Shown here: one piece after another, positions 10,078 to 19,134 of the stretch
Layout: each line of letters opens with the position of its first letter
How positions within the stretch are numbered: position 1 is the first letter of the stretch
Assembly (NCBI GenBank): GCA_965267575.1
Contig: OZ254086.1
Coordinates: 2,176,001-2,240,000 of the forward strand
Direction: 5' to 3'
From: Calditrichales bacterium
GTDB lineage: Bacteria; Calditrichota; Calditrichia; Calditrichales; J004
Length of the DNA: 64,000 bases
Program-made: the position numbers and the translations under genes
The notes under the pieces: model-generated
Told to the model about the DNA's origin: nothing
Seen by the model: only the letters and a program-made list of their open reading frames with translations
Database searches by the model: none

Positions 10078-12354
10078 ATGCGAATTAAGTTATTAGTTTT
10101 TACAATTGTCTTAATTGTTTCTGCTTCTTATGCACAAGACCCGGTAAACTGGACACGCAATATCATACCAAGTACCATTGACGGTGCCAAGAAGAATTTT
10201 GTTATTAATCTCGACAGTGATGCGTCGAAAAATATGGATATTATTGTGACGGCAAATCCTGAAGCAGGCTCATCGGAGAATGGCTCGCTTGTTAACGTCG
10301 TGTGGTTTAAAAATACCGGTGATGAAGTTTTCCAGCAGTTAAATATTGATTTTTACCATGTACAGGCCCGCGCGCTCGCCGCCGGCGATTTAACAGGAAA
10401 TGGTTATCCTGACGTAGTTGTTGGTTCCCGTTCTGTGGATAGCAGCCTGGTCTGGTATGAAAACGACGGAACACCTGATGTTGGAGCATGGACAAAGCAT
10501 CATCTTGGCGGACCCGCGCCTTTTAATTACGTTGCACACATACTGGATATGGATAACGACGGCGATCTTGATATTCTGGATGGCATGGGTGATGACGTTG
10601 TAAGCGGTACCTCGGTGACGGACGTTTTGCGCTGGTTTGAAAATGACGGATCGGGCAATTTTACGGAAAGAGTAATAGCTAACTATCCCACACCCAGCGG
10701 TATTGCGTATGGCGATTATGATGGTGACGGTGATGTGGATGTATTCGGCATGGCCTGGACAAATCCGTCGTCAACTATAGTAACCGCCGATGAGGACGTG
10801 CGCTGGTGGTCCAACGATCCCGGTGAAACATGGACGCAGCAGCAGCTTGTGCAACAAACATATGGCGGCAACGATGCCGTTTCCGCTGATGTTGATGGAA
10901 ACGGTACGCTCGATGTTGTCGGCGCCGGATACAAGATTAACACGGTGGACTGGTGGTCCAACGACGGAACGGGAACGTTTGGTTCAGTGAACGTGGTTGA
11001 TAATAATTTTACGCATACCCGTAATGTCGCCGCCGCAGATATTGATGGTGACGGTGATATGGACCTTACGGCCACAGCCGACGTGGACAATCAGATAAAC
11101 TGGTATGAAAACGATGGCAATGAGAATTTTACCGAACACCAGGTTAATGATAATTTTACTTTTGCTTATTTTGTAACACCGTTTGATTTGGACGGCGATG
11201 GCGATATTGATCTTGTTGGTACGGCGCAGGACCAGGACAGTGTTGTTTGGTGGGAGAGCGATCTCGCCGACGAACAGTCGCTGGCATCTGGAGATCCACC
11301 GGCAACGGGATTTGTAAACAATAAAGTAGTAATCGATTATCAGTCGGGTTTTTCAGGCGGCAATACATCGGTTTTTTACAACCAGGGTGAAAATAGCGAT
11401 CGCAATCTCCTTGGCGGCGGAGTGGACCATATCGCCCTTAGCGGTTACTATACTATAAAGACAACGGCTTCAGCATATACGGCGGATATTAAGTTCAGCT
11501 ACGCCGGCATCAGCGAGTGGTCGGCGATAAATAATGAGGCGGATCTGCGCATGGTTGCCTGGGATGAAGACGCGGGAGCAAACGGACAATGGGAAATAAT
11601 CGGCTCTACCCTGCAGACTATTGACGAAGTCAATGATACAATCACTGTTACGGGATTGACAAGCGAGCTGAGTAAATATTCTCTGTTCACACTGGCTTCT
11701 GTATCTCAGGATAATGCGTTGCCGGTTGAGCTGGTTGCGTTTACAGGGCGTGCCGGGCAAAAAGGCATCACGCTAACGTGGGAAACGGCCAGTGAAATTA
11801 ACAACCTGGGCTTTGAATTGTGGCGGCGTTCGCTTGCCGACAGCACGTTCCGGCCCGTTGCAAGCTACCGTGATATGGAATCTCTCAAAGGGCTGGGTAC
11901 CAGAAGCTATGGGCAGGAATACACATTTACCGATGCCAACGTTCAAAACGGCGAGCGTTATACATACCGCCTGTATGATGTGGACTATAACGGAAAACGT
12001 TATAAGCATCGTGAGATAAAAGTTGATAATGTTGACAAGTCTTTGGTAAGGGTGATCAATGGTCCGGAAGATTTTGCTTTGCAGCAGAATTATCCCAACC
12101 CGTTTAACGGCCGCACGGTGATTGAATTTAAGGTGCCAGAAGCATTGGCAGGAGAGACGGTTTCATTGCTCGTTTTTGATGAGACCGGTCGAAAGGTGCG
12201 CGAACTGTATAACAGGAGCCTGGTGCCCGGCAGTTACATGATATCCTGGGACGGCAGCAGTGAAAACGGAAGCCCCGTGGCAAGCGGAATGTATATTTAT
12301 CAATTGAAGATCGGCAGCTATTCTGTTGCCAAACGTATGACCTTAATCAAATAA
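10078..12354 (+). CDS. Secreted FG-GAP/VCBS-repeat beta-propeller protein with T9SS type-A-like CTD
   Basis: Signal peptide; about 7 'D.DGDGD.D...W(Y/F)ENDG' repeats; 'LPVELVAF..LTWETASE' module; 'LQQNYPNPFN..ASGMYIYQL..KRMTLIK'. Confidence 0.88.
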   Translation: MRIKLLVFTIVLIVSASYAQDPVNWTRNIIPSTIDGAKKNFVINLDSDASKNMDIIVTANPEAGSSENGSLVNVVWFKNTGDEVFQQLNIDFYHVQARALAAGDLTGNGYPDVVVGSRSVDSSLVWYENDGTPDVGAWTKHHLGGPAPFNYVAHILDMDNDGDLDILDGMGDDVVSGTSVTDVLRWFENDGSGNFTERVIANYPTPSGIAYGDYDGDGDVDVFGMAWTNPSSTIVTADEDVRWWSNDPGETWTQQQLVQQTYGGNDAVSADVDGNGTLDVVGAGYKINTVDWWSNDGTGTFGSVNVVDNNFTHTRNVAAADIDGDGDMDLTATADVDNQINWYENDGNENFTEHQVNDNFTFAYFVTPFDLDGDGDIDLVGTAQDQDSVVWWESDLADEQSLASGDPPATGFVNNKVVIDYQSGFSGGNTSVFYNQGENSDRNLLGGGVDHIALSGYYTIKTTASAYTADIKFSYAGISEWSAINNEADLRMVAWDEDAGANGQWEIIGSTLQTIDEVNDTITVTGLTSELSKYSLFTLASVSQDNALPVELVAFTGRAGQKGITLTWETASEINNLGFELWRRSLADSTFRPVASYRDMESLKGLGTRSYGQEYTFTDANVQNGERYTYRLYDVDYNGKRYKHREIKVDNVDKSLVRVINGPEDFALQQNYPNPFNGRTVIEFKVPEALAGETVSLLVFDETGRKVRELYNRSLVPGSYMISWDGSSENGSPVASGMYIYQLKIGSYSVAKRMTLIK

Positions 12355-12380
12355 GGCAGAAATATATCTGCTATTTTATG

Positions 12381-12412
12381 GGCCTGTAAATTTTATTTGC
12401 AGGCCTTTTTTT
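12381..12412 (+). terminator. Intrinsic terminator after the FG-GAP gene
   Basis: GGCCTGTAAAT-ttt-ATTTGCAGGCC stem (one G-U pair) followed by a T-run. Confidence 0.8.
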
Positions 12413-12483
12413 GTTTGAATTATGAAATAAAGGCAGCTTTGGCGCTGCCGATTATGGAGTAGTTTAGGGAGCACTTTAGCCGG

Positions 12484-13680
12484 ATGTTAAAAACATACTA
12501 TGATGTAGTAATCGCCGGGGCGGGTATTGCCGGCTCTGTGTTGGGAAAGCTTCTCGCGGAGCAGGGTAAGTCGGTATTGTTGGTGGAGAAAGACAGCTAC
12601 TCCGGAAAAACTTCCGCCTGCGGTGGACTGTTCGACAAGCCCTATTTTGACAAATATGTAACGGACCCGGCCGTGATGGAACAACACATACGGCGCAATA
12701 CGTTTGTCATGCCCTGGGGCCAGGTCACTTATGATTGTGATCAGGTCACTGTGAAGCGCCGTGTCTTTGACCGGCATCTGGCGGAAAACGCCAAAAAGGC
12801 GGGTGCTCATCTGGTGAACCAGGTAAAGGTAACGGAATGGGAGGTTAAGGAACCCGGAGAGGTCATTGTAGCCGTCCGGGATTTAAAAACCAAGGAGACA
12901 CACAGCATAAGCTGCCGTGTTATTGCATTTGCCGACGGACCGCATACGCTGGCAAAAAACAATCCACTTTTTGACTATACACCAAACCGGCCGTATTGGG
13001 CCTATGCCTATGCTTATGAAGTGGATTGCGTGCCCTTCGACGGTGACGAAATGCGTATTTACCTTGACCCGAAACTTTTCCCATGGGGCTATGGTTGGAT
13101 TTTTCCCAACAAAAATGAATCCAATATAGGGGTCGGAACGATTCAATCGGAGATAGACAAGGGCATAAAGGTTAAAGATCAATTTATCAGTTTTATTGAG
13201 CATTATGAGCCAACGGCGCCCATGTTGCGCGACAGTGCCGTGGTGGATAAAAAAGGCGGCTTTATCCCGATGTGGCTTATCAAACATTTTTCGGATACCT
13301 CACAAATCGTTCTTGGTGACGCGGGCGGTATGGTGAGTCCCCTTTTTGGTGCCGGGATCGACTACTCCATTGATGCCGCTGAAGCCGCAGCCGCAACGAT
13401 TGCACAGGCTTTTGAAAAAAATGACTTTTCCTCCGGTGAGTTAAGCTCTTATGATCGTGCTCTGGAAAACGGTTTTCTGAAGGATCTGAAAAAACAGATG
13501 TTGATAGCAAAGATCATTATCGCCAGTATACGCTGGCGTTTTAATTTGCCGATTAAGGTGCTGGCCGTGATCGCATTTGGCGCCAAATATACACGCTGGA
13601 ACAAGATCAGGATTTTACTCAATCCTTTTTTGGGAAAACCGGCGGTTCGTTCGACTGAAGAAATTCTTGCACATAAATAA
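12484..13680 (+). CDS. Geranylgeranyl reductase-family FAD-dependent oxidoreductase (copy 2)
   Basis: 'DVVIAGAGIAG', 'ACGG', 'GYGWIFP', 'LGDAGGMVSPLFGAGI'. Confidence 0.82.
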   Translation: MLKTYYDVVIAGAGIAGSVLGKLLAEQGKSVLLVEKDSYSGKTSACGGLFDKPYFDKYVTDPAVMEQHIRRNTFVMPWGQVTYDCDQVTVKRRVFDRHLAENAKKAGAHLVNQVKVTEWEVKEPGEVIVAVRDLKTKETHSISCRVIAFADGPHTLAKNNPLFDYTPNRPYWAYAYAYEVDCVPFDGDEMRIYLDPKLFPWGYGWIFPNKNESNIGVGTIQSEIDKGIKVKDQFISFIEHYEPTAPMLRDSAVVDKKGGFIPMWLIKHFSDTSQIVLGDAGGMVSPLFGAGIDYSIDAAEAAAATIAQAFEKNDFSSGELSSYDRALENGFLKDLKKQMLIAKIIIASIRWRFNLPIKVLAVIAFGAKYTRWNKIRILLNPFLGKPAVRSTEEILAHK

Positions 13681-13697
13681 GGAAAGAGATTTTTATT

Positions 13698-14798
13698 ATG
13701 CAGCAACGCACAAAGAAGAAAGTTCAGCTGCTTTCAAAAATACCGCAAATACAAAAATTCTATCACTTAAAAGGGGGGCAGGCGCCATTACCGATCAATA
13801 TAACGATCAGCCTGCTCTATTCCTGCAATTCGCGTTGTATGACCTGCAACGTTTACGAAAAGCGGGTAAATAACTTTACGGTGGATGAATACGCCAAAAC
13901 CTTTGAAGGCATCGGTCATGCGCCTTACTGGTTCACATTCAGCGGCGGAGAGCCCTTTTTGCGCAAGGATATTGTCGATTGCATCAAGGCCGCTTATGAC
14001 CATTGCCGGCCGGGGATTATTAATATTCCGACCAATGGGAGCCTGTACAAGGTTATCCCGGAGCGGGTTGAGGCCATGGTTGAATACTGCAAAGATTCGG
14101 ACGTTATTATCAACCTGTCCTTAGATGAAATAGGTGAAGAGCACGACCGCATCCGCGGCTTTCCCGGCAACTGGGAGCGGGCGATGAAGACATACGAGGA
14201 GCTTAAAAAGCTGCGCCGCTATGATAATTTTACCCTGGGCATCCATACAGTAATTTCCAACTTCAATGTGGATCGCTTTCCCGAAATCTACAAGGAGCTT
14301 ATCCAGCTTACGCCCGATTCCTATATTACAGAGATTGCTGAAGAGCGCGTTGAATTAGGCACCATGGAGCAGCCGATCACGCCCTCGGCGGCCAAGTATC
14401 ACACGGCGATAGATTTTTTAACCGGTCAGATGGATAAATCAAAACGTAAAGGCGTGGCCAAAATCGCCGGTGCTTTTCGCCTGGAATATTACAAGATGGT
14501 GAAGCAATTCCTGATGCGTGGCGAACAGATCGTTCCCTGCATGGCCGGCATTGCCTCTTGCCAGATTTCCCCGGATGGTGATGTCTGGCCCTGCTGCATC
14601 CGCGCCGATTCCATGGGTAATCTGCGTGAAAATAACTATGATTTTAAAAAGGTCTGGAACAGCCGTTCGGCGGGCAAAATACGATCGAGCATTAAAAACA
14701 GGGAATGCGCCTGCCCGTTGGCTAACGCCAGTTATACCAACCTGCTCATTTCTCCGAAATCACTGAGCAAAGTTGTGGGACGGCTGGCCACAGGCTGA
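13698..14798 (+). CDS. Radical SAM protein with SPASM/twitch domain
   Basis: CxxxCxxC 'CNSRCMTC', 'FSGGEPFLR', and C-terminal 'CMAG..CQISPDGDVWPCC..MGNLRE..CACP'. Confidence 0.9.
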   Translation: MQQRTKKKVQLLSKIPQIQKFYHLKGGQAPLPINITISLLYSCNSRCMTCNVYEKRVNNFTVDEYAKTFEGIGHAPYWFTFSGGEPFLRKDIVDCIKAAYDHCRPGIINIPTNGSLYKVIPERVEAMVEYCKDSDVIINLSLDEIGEEHDRIRGFPGNWERAMKTYEELKKLRRYDNFTLGIHTVISNFNVDRFPEIYKELIQLTPDSYITEIAEERVELGTMEQPITPSAAKYHTAIDFLTGQMDKSKRKGVAKIAGAFRLEYYKMVKQFLMRGEQIVPCMAGIASCQISPDGDVWPCCIRADSMGNLRENNYDFKKVWNSRSAGKIRSSIKNRECACPLANASYTNLLISPKSLSKVVGRLATG

Positions 14799-14937
14799 CA
14801 TGTAAAATAATTGTACAAGGGATTAAACCCTTTTAATACAGCTTAGCCTATTTCTTTTGTTATAGCTCAATTTTGGTTTTGGCATTTTAGTTGCATTAAG
14901 GCGGCTAAACAATATGTAACCAAACGGATGTGGGAAT

Positions 14938-16167
14938 ATGCATCGATTATTAACAGCACTTTTTTTTCTAGCCGCTGTACTCCCCGCAGCGGCGCAAACA
15001 CCGGCTTCCACAGCTGGAACGGCAGGCAATGTTTTTCTGCGTTCCGGCCTGAGTGCCCGTGTTGCCGGGATGGGAGAAACATTCACGGCCGTCGCCGATG
15101 ATGAAAATGCCCTGTTTTACAATCCGGCCGGTTTAGCCAATATTGGCAAAGGCGCCGTTGGACTAAACCACACGCAGTGGTTTGAAGATATCCGCATGGA
15201 TAACCTCATTGCCGGCTATAACTTTGACCGCAAACTTGGCGTGGCGCTCTCCGTGGCGCATATGTGGATGCCTGCACTTGAAGGTAAGGATGTGTTTGGC
15301 AATCCTACCGGTGATGTGAACGTGAGCAGCAGCGTCATAAACCTGGGACTGGGCTATAAAATCCATCCGGCTTTTTATGTGGGCCTGGGTGTTAAATATT
15401 TTCAGGATAATCTTGCCGGATTCAGCGCGAGTGGCCTGGCGCTGGATGCCGGTTTTTATATGTATACGGCACTGCGCGGTTTGTCTTTCGGTTTTGCTGT
15501 TCAGAATATTGGCGGAGATATCCAGTATGATGAAGCGCGCGAAGAACTGCCTTTGACGTACCGTGCCGGCCTGGCCTATAAAGTACCGGGCACTGATTTG
15601 CGGATTGCCGCGGATGCCAGCAAGTCGCTGGATACGGACTATAATTTTTCCGCCGGCGTGGAGTACGTTCTGATGAACACCTTTTCCCTGCGTGTCGGCA
15701 ACCAGTTCAAGAATAATATGGGTTTTCAGCCGGGATATGGCGCAGGATTTAATTTTGAACAATCGTACGCTCTGGATTATACCTTTCACCAGTTTGAAGA
15801 TTTAGGCAATACGCATCGGGTGGGCTTTACTTTTCGTTTTGATCTGCCTGATAGAAAAATCCGCACACGACCGCTGTACCGAGAATATGGCATAAAGCGT
15901 CTTAATCCGCCGGACCAGATCAGCTACAGCGTTTCCGATGATAAGCTCATCGTTAACTGGGGTAAAGTGGACGGTGCGGTGTATAATATTTATGCCCGTG
16001 TTTCCGCAGACGGTCCCTGGAAAAAGCTTAACAAAAGCCTGGTCCACGGTACCAGTTATGTTTTCAAAAAGCCAAGCAGCGATGTTGAACTTTATATCAG
16101 TCTCACTTCCGTCCTGAACAGCGTGGAGAGTGATTTTTCAGGGGAGGTGAAAGTTGATGTTCAGTAA
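14938..16167 (+). CDS. PorV/PorQ-family outer-membrane beta-barrel with a C-terminal FN3-like extension
   Basis: Signal peptide; 'FL..G.SARVAGMGE.F.AVADD.NALFYNPAGL' hallmark; barrel ends '..DLGNTHRVGFTFRF', then about 100 extra aa ('PPDQIS..LIVNW..YNIY'). Confidence 0.8.
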   Translation: MHRLLTALFFLAAVLPAAAQTPASTAGTAGNVFLRSGLSARVAGMGETFTAVADDENALFYNPAGLANIGKGAVGLNHTQWFEDIRMDNLIAGYNFDRKLGVALSVAHMWMPALEGKDVFGNPTGDVNVSSSVINLGLGYKIHPAFYVGLGVKYFQDNLAGFSASGLALDAGFYMYTALRGLSFGFAVQNIGGDIQYDEAREELPLTYRAGLAYKVPGTDLRIAADASKSLDTDYNFSAGVEYVLMNTFSLRVGNQFKNNMGFQPGYGAGFNFEQSYALDYTFHQFEDLGNTHRVGFTFRFDLPDRKIRTRPLYREYGIKRLNPPDQISYSVSDDKLIVNWGKVDGAVYNIYARVSADGPWKKLNKSLVHGTSYVFKKPSSDVELYISLTSVLNSVESDFSGEVKVDVQ

Positions 16168-19024
16168 GAGACAATCCAAAACAGCGCTTATAATAGCTGC
16201 TATTTTATTTGCCGTGGCGAATGTTTTCGCGCAAACCAATTCTTTTAACCTCTCCTGGGACGCCAACAGCGAACCCGATGTGTACGAGTATCACGTTTAC
16301 CGGGCCCTTAGTGCGGGCGCCAGCGAGCGACTGGCAAAAGTGGCACATCCGCAAAGCAGCTACAGCGACAATAGCGTAGACAAAGGTGTGCAATACTTTT
16401 ACCGCCTTAAGGCATTCGACTATTCGCTGAATGGCAGCGAATTTTCAGATGAACTGAGCGTGGCCATTCCCAAAATTTCCGGACTCACTTCGCCGGTCAC
16501 GGTAAATGGTGACACCACCATTACGATCAATCTTAATGAGCACGTGGAAGATCCGGATGACGCCGATGAAACGCTGACCTGGGAAATAAGCGGTGCCAAC
16601 TTAATATCAGTTTCAGTTGTTAATAATGTGGCTACTATTATTGTACCTGCCGGTTTCTCAACCCAGGAAACGCTTGTTTTTATTGTAAAAGACGACCAGA
16701 ATTTTGAAGACCGCAAGAGTGTCGCTTACCGCTCCAGTTCATCTTCCGGAACACTGCCACCCGTTTTTACAAGCTCGCCGTCACCGCAAATGCAGGAAGA
16801 TTCGGTCGGTATTATTACACTAAGTGATTTTGTAGAGGATCCGGACAGCGATGCAGGCGATCTCGTCTATTCTGTTGATGACGTAAGCAATCTTGGTTTT
16901 GAGGTTAATGGCGATCAACTTACGGTTACACCCGCTGCCAACTGGTTTGGGCAGCGCACAACGCAGGTAACCGTTACTGATGCTGAAGGTAACAGCGATC
17001 AGGCTTCGATGCAGATTGTGGTAAATGCCGTAAATGACGCGCCGGTGCTTAGCGCATTGCCGCAGCAGAGCATGGGCCAGAACAGCACGATTGAAGTTGA
17101 TCTTTCGGATTATGCCAGTGACGTGGATAACGAGGAAAGCGATCTTTCCTGGTCCTTTGACGGATACAGCCAGGTAACGTTGCAGTGGAATGAAACGACG
17201 GATATGCTGCAAATTACCAGTCCGCCTTCCTGGCAGGGTTTTGAATACGTGCGGACAACCGTGGAAGATCCCGACGGCGCATCTGTGTTGGATACACTTG
17301 TTATCCGCGTTTCCGGCGAAGGCTTTCCGCCGCAAATAAGCGGTTTGCCCGACGTGAGTTTTAATGAAGACGGATCGGCACAGCTACAACTCAACAATTA
17401 TGTTTCCGATGGAGATGACCCGTTACAAAACCTGTTCTGGCGCTCGCGTGATGCTGACAGCGTTAAAGTATCAATCAACCATACGACAAATGTGGCTACC
17501 TTCAGCGCTCAAAAAGACTGGAACGGCGAAGAGAATGTCTGGATGATAGTGAATGACCCCGACCAGAATGCCGACAGTACGCAGATCAAAGTAACCGTAA
17601 GCCCGGTAAACGACAGGCCTATTTTTGCAACACTGCCTTCGCTTAACATGAGCAGCCAGCTAACCCGCCAGATTAATCTTGCGCAATACAGCAGCGACGT
17701 GGATGATGCCGATGAGGACCTGACCTGGTCTGCACCTTCTTCGCCCGATGTGACAGTGTCGATAGAGGCTTCGGGCATGGCCACATTTACGGTTGCCGAA
17801 AGCTGGTTCGGCCAGGAAGAAATTGTAATTACCGTGCGCGATGATGAAAATGCCAGCGATACAAGCATGGTAACCGTCTATCGCCAGAATCCGGCCAACT
17901 CTCCGCACATTTCCGGGATCGAAGATTTAAATATGCCGGAAGACGATGAAAGGGAAATAGACCTGGACAGCCACGTTAGCGATGCTGACCACGCGGATAG
18001 CGAATTGACCTGGAGCTTTGCCGAACCTGTCAATCTTAATCTTTCGCTTAACGGCTCTACGCGCGTATTGACTGTTGCGCCAAAAGCAAATTGGAACGGC
18101 CGCGAAGATATTTTCCTGAAAGTGACCGATCCCGATAACAACTTTGCTTTTGATACCGTCCGTGTTGTTGTGTCGGCGGTCAATGATGCGCCCACGATTG
18201 CTTCCATCGGCACGATTACGATGCTGGACAACAGCTTCATCACATTGGACCTGACAGACTATATCAACGAGCCGGATGGCTATGATGACCTGACGCAGAT
18301 AAGTCTGCTGGCATCGGACAACGGTTTTGTCGGCTACTTCCTGGACCGGGATAACCTGGAATTGACCTTCTTTTCGCCGGCCGGCTATTACGGGCGTGAA
18401 ACGTTCCTGCTAAGGGTTACAGACAACAGCGGTCAACAGGCTTCCTCTGTTTTTACCGTGGATGTCCTGGAGAAGAACATCGACGGCTCGGTGGCCATGG
18501 CCTATCTGGGTGCGGCGACAAACATAACGCTGTCCTGGAAAACGAAAAGAGAAACCAAAGACTACGTTGAATATGGTCTTAATCCGTCATATGGTTTTGC
18601 CACCGATCAGGATGATGTTTTCAGTACGACCCATACACACATCATATCAGACCTGCAGGAAAATACAACATATCATTTCCGGATCGTTTCTCAAACAACA
18701 GACGGTAAAATTAGTTACTCCGCCGATTCCACCTTTACCACGGGTGGGGCAGGGGACATAAACGTCTTTCCTGTGCCATACCGCGCCTCGGAAGACCTGG
18801 ATGAGAATGGTGTGTTTTTTAGCAATCTTCCGCAAAATTCGGAGTTGTTGATATACAACCTTCTTGGCGAGCCGGTTTTCCGAAAAAATGAGCTTAGCCG
18901 TTTGTACCGCTGGCCCGTTGTTAACAACAGCGATAAAAAAGTAAGCAGCGGTGTTTACGTCTATGTTATCAAAGATGAAAAGGGCAAGAAAGTCAATTCC
19001 GGAAAGATGGTTGTGGTGAGGTAA
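16157..19024 (+). CDS. Large secreted adhesin-like protein: FN3 + about 7 cadherin-like (~95 aa) repeats + FN3 + atypical T9SS-like CTD
   Basis: Signal peptide; repeats 'D(P/V)D...LTW...W.G.E...V.D...V..VNDAP'; C-terminus 'INVFPVPY..LLIYNLLGE..VSSGVYVYVI..GKMVVVR'. GGAGG precedes ATG 16157. Confidence 0.85.
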   Translation: MFSKRQSKTALIIAAILFAVANVFAQTNSFNLSWDANSEPDVYEYHVYRALSAGASERLAKVAHPQSSYSDNSVDKGVQYFYRLKAFDYSLNGSEFSDELSVAIPKISGLTSPVTVNGDTTITINLNEHVEDPDDADETLTWEISGANLISVSVVNNVATIIVPAGFSTQETLVFIVKDDQNFEDRKSVAYRSSSSSGTLPPVFTSSPSPQMQEDSVGIITLSDFVEDPDSDAGDLVYSVDDVSNLGFEVNGDQLTVTPAANWFGQRTTQVTVTDAEGNSDQASMQIVVNAVNDAPVLSALPQQSMGQNSTIEVDLSDYASDVDNEESDLSWSFDGYSQVTLQWNETTDMLQITSPPSWQGFEYVRTTVEDPDGASVLDTLVIRVSGEGFPPQISGLPDVSFNEDGSAQLQLNNYVSDGDDPLQNLFWRSRDADSVKVSINHTTNVATFSAQKDWNGEENVWMIVNDPDQNADSTQIKVTVSPVNDRPIFATLPSLNMSSQLTRQINLAQYSSDVDDADEDLTWSAPSSPDVTVSIEASGMATFTVAESWFGQEEIVITVRDDENASDTSMVTVYRQNPANSPHISGIEDLNMPEDDEREIDLDSHVSDADHADSELTWSFAEPVNLNLSLNGSTRVLTVAPKANWNGREDIFLKVTDPDNNFAFDTVRVVVSAVNDAPTIASIGTITMLDNSFITLDLTDYINEPDGYDDLTQISLLASDNGFVGYFLDRDNLELTFFSPAGYYGRETFLLRVTDNSGQQASSVFTVDVLEKNIDGSVAMAYLGAATNITLSWKTKRETKDYVEYGLNPSYGFATDQDDVFSTTHTHIISDLQENTTYHFRIVSQTTDGKISYSADSTFTTGGAGDINVFPVPYRASEDLDENGVFFSNLPQNSELLIYNLLGEPVFRKNELSRLYRWPVVNNSDKKVSSGVYVYVIKDEKGKKVNSGKMVVVR

Positions 19025-19068
19025 GCAGCGAAAAAATAACTCTTCCCGCAATTCGTTAAGTTAGTCAC

Positions 19069-19129
19069 AATCCCTATTAAGCAGACGCGATATAATCTTT
19101 AAGTTTAATATTTCTGTTTAATAGGGATT
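19069..19129. repeat. 17-bp inverted repeat (one mismatch, G-U in RNA) with 27-nt spacer, upstream of the AraC gene
   Basis: AATCCCTATTAAGCAGA (19069-19085) and TCTGTTTAATAGGGATT (19113-19129); TATAAT at 19091-19096 lies in the spacer; a T-run follows. Confidence 0.85.
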
Positions 19130-19134
19130 TTTTT

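Noticed and set aside
10300-11260. Recurrent GAYGGYGAYGGYGAT DNA repeats as a possible CRISPR or tandem array
   Set aside because: They are degenerate and in frame, explained by FG-GAP protein repeats. There is no repeat-spacer structure and no cas gene.
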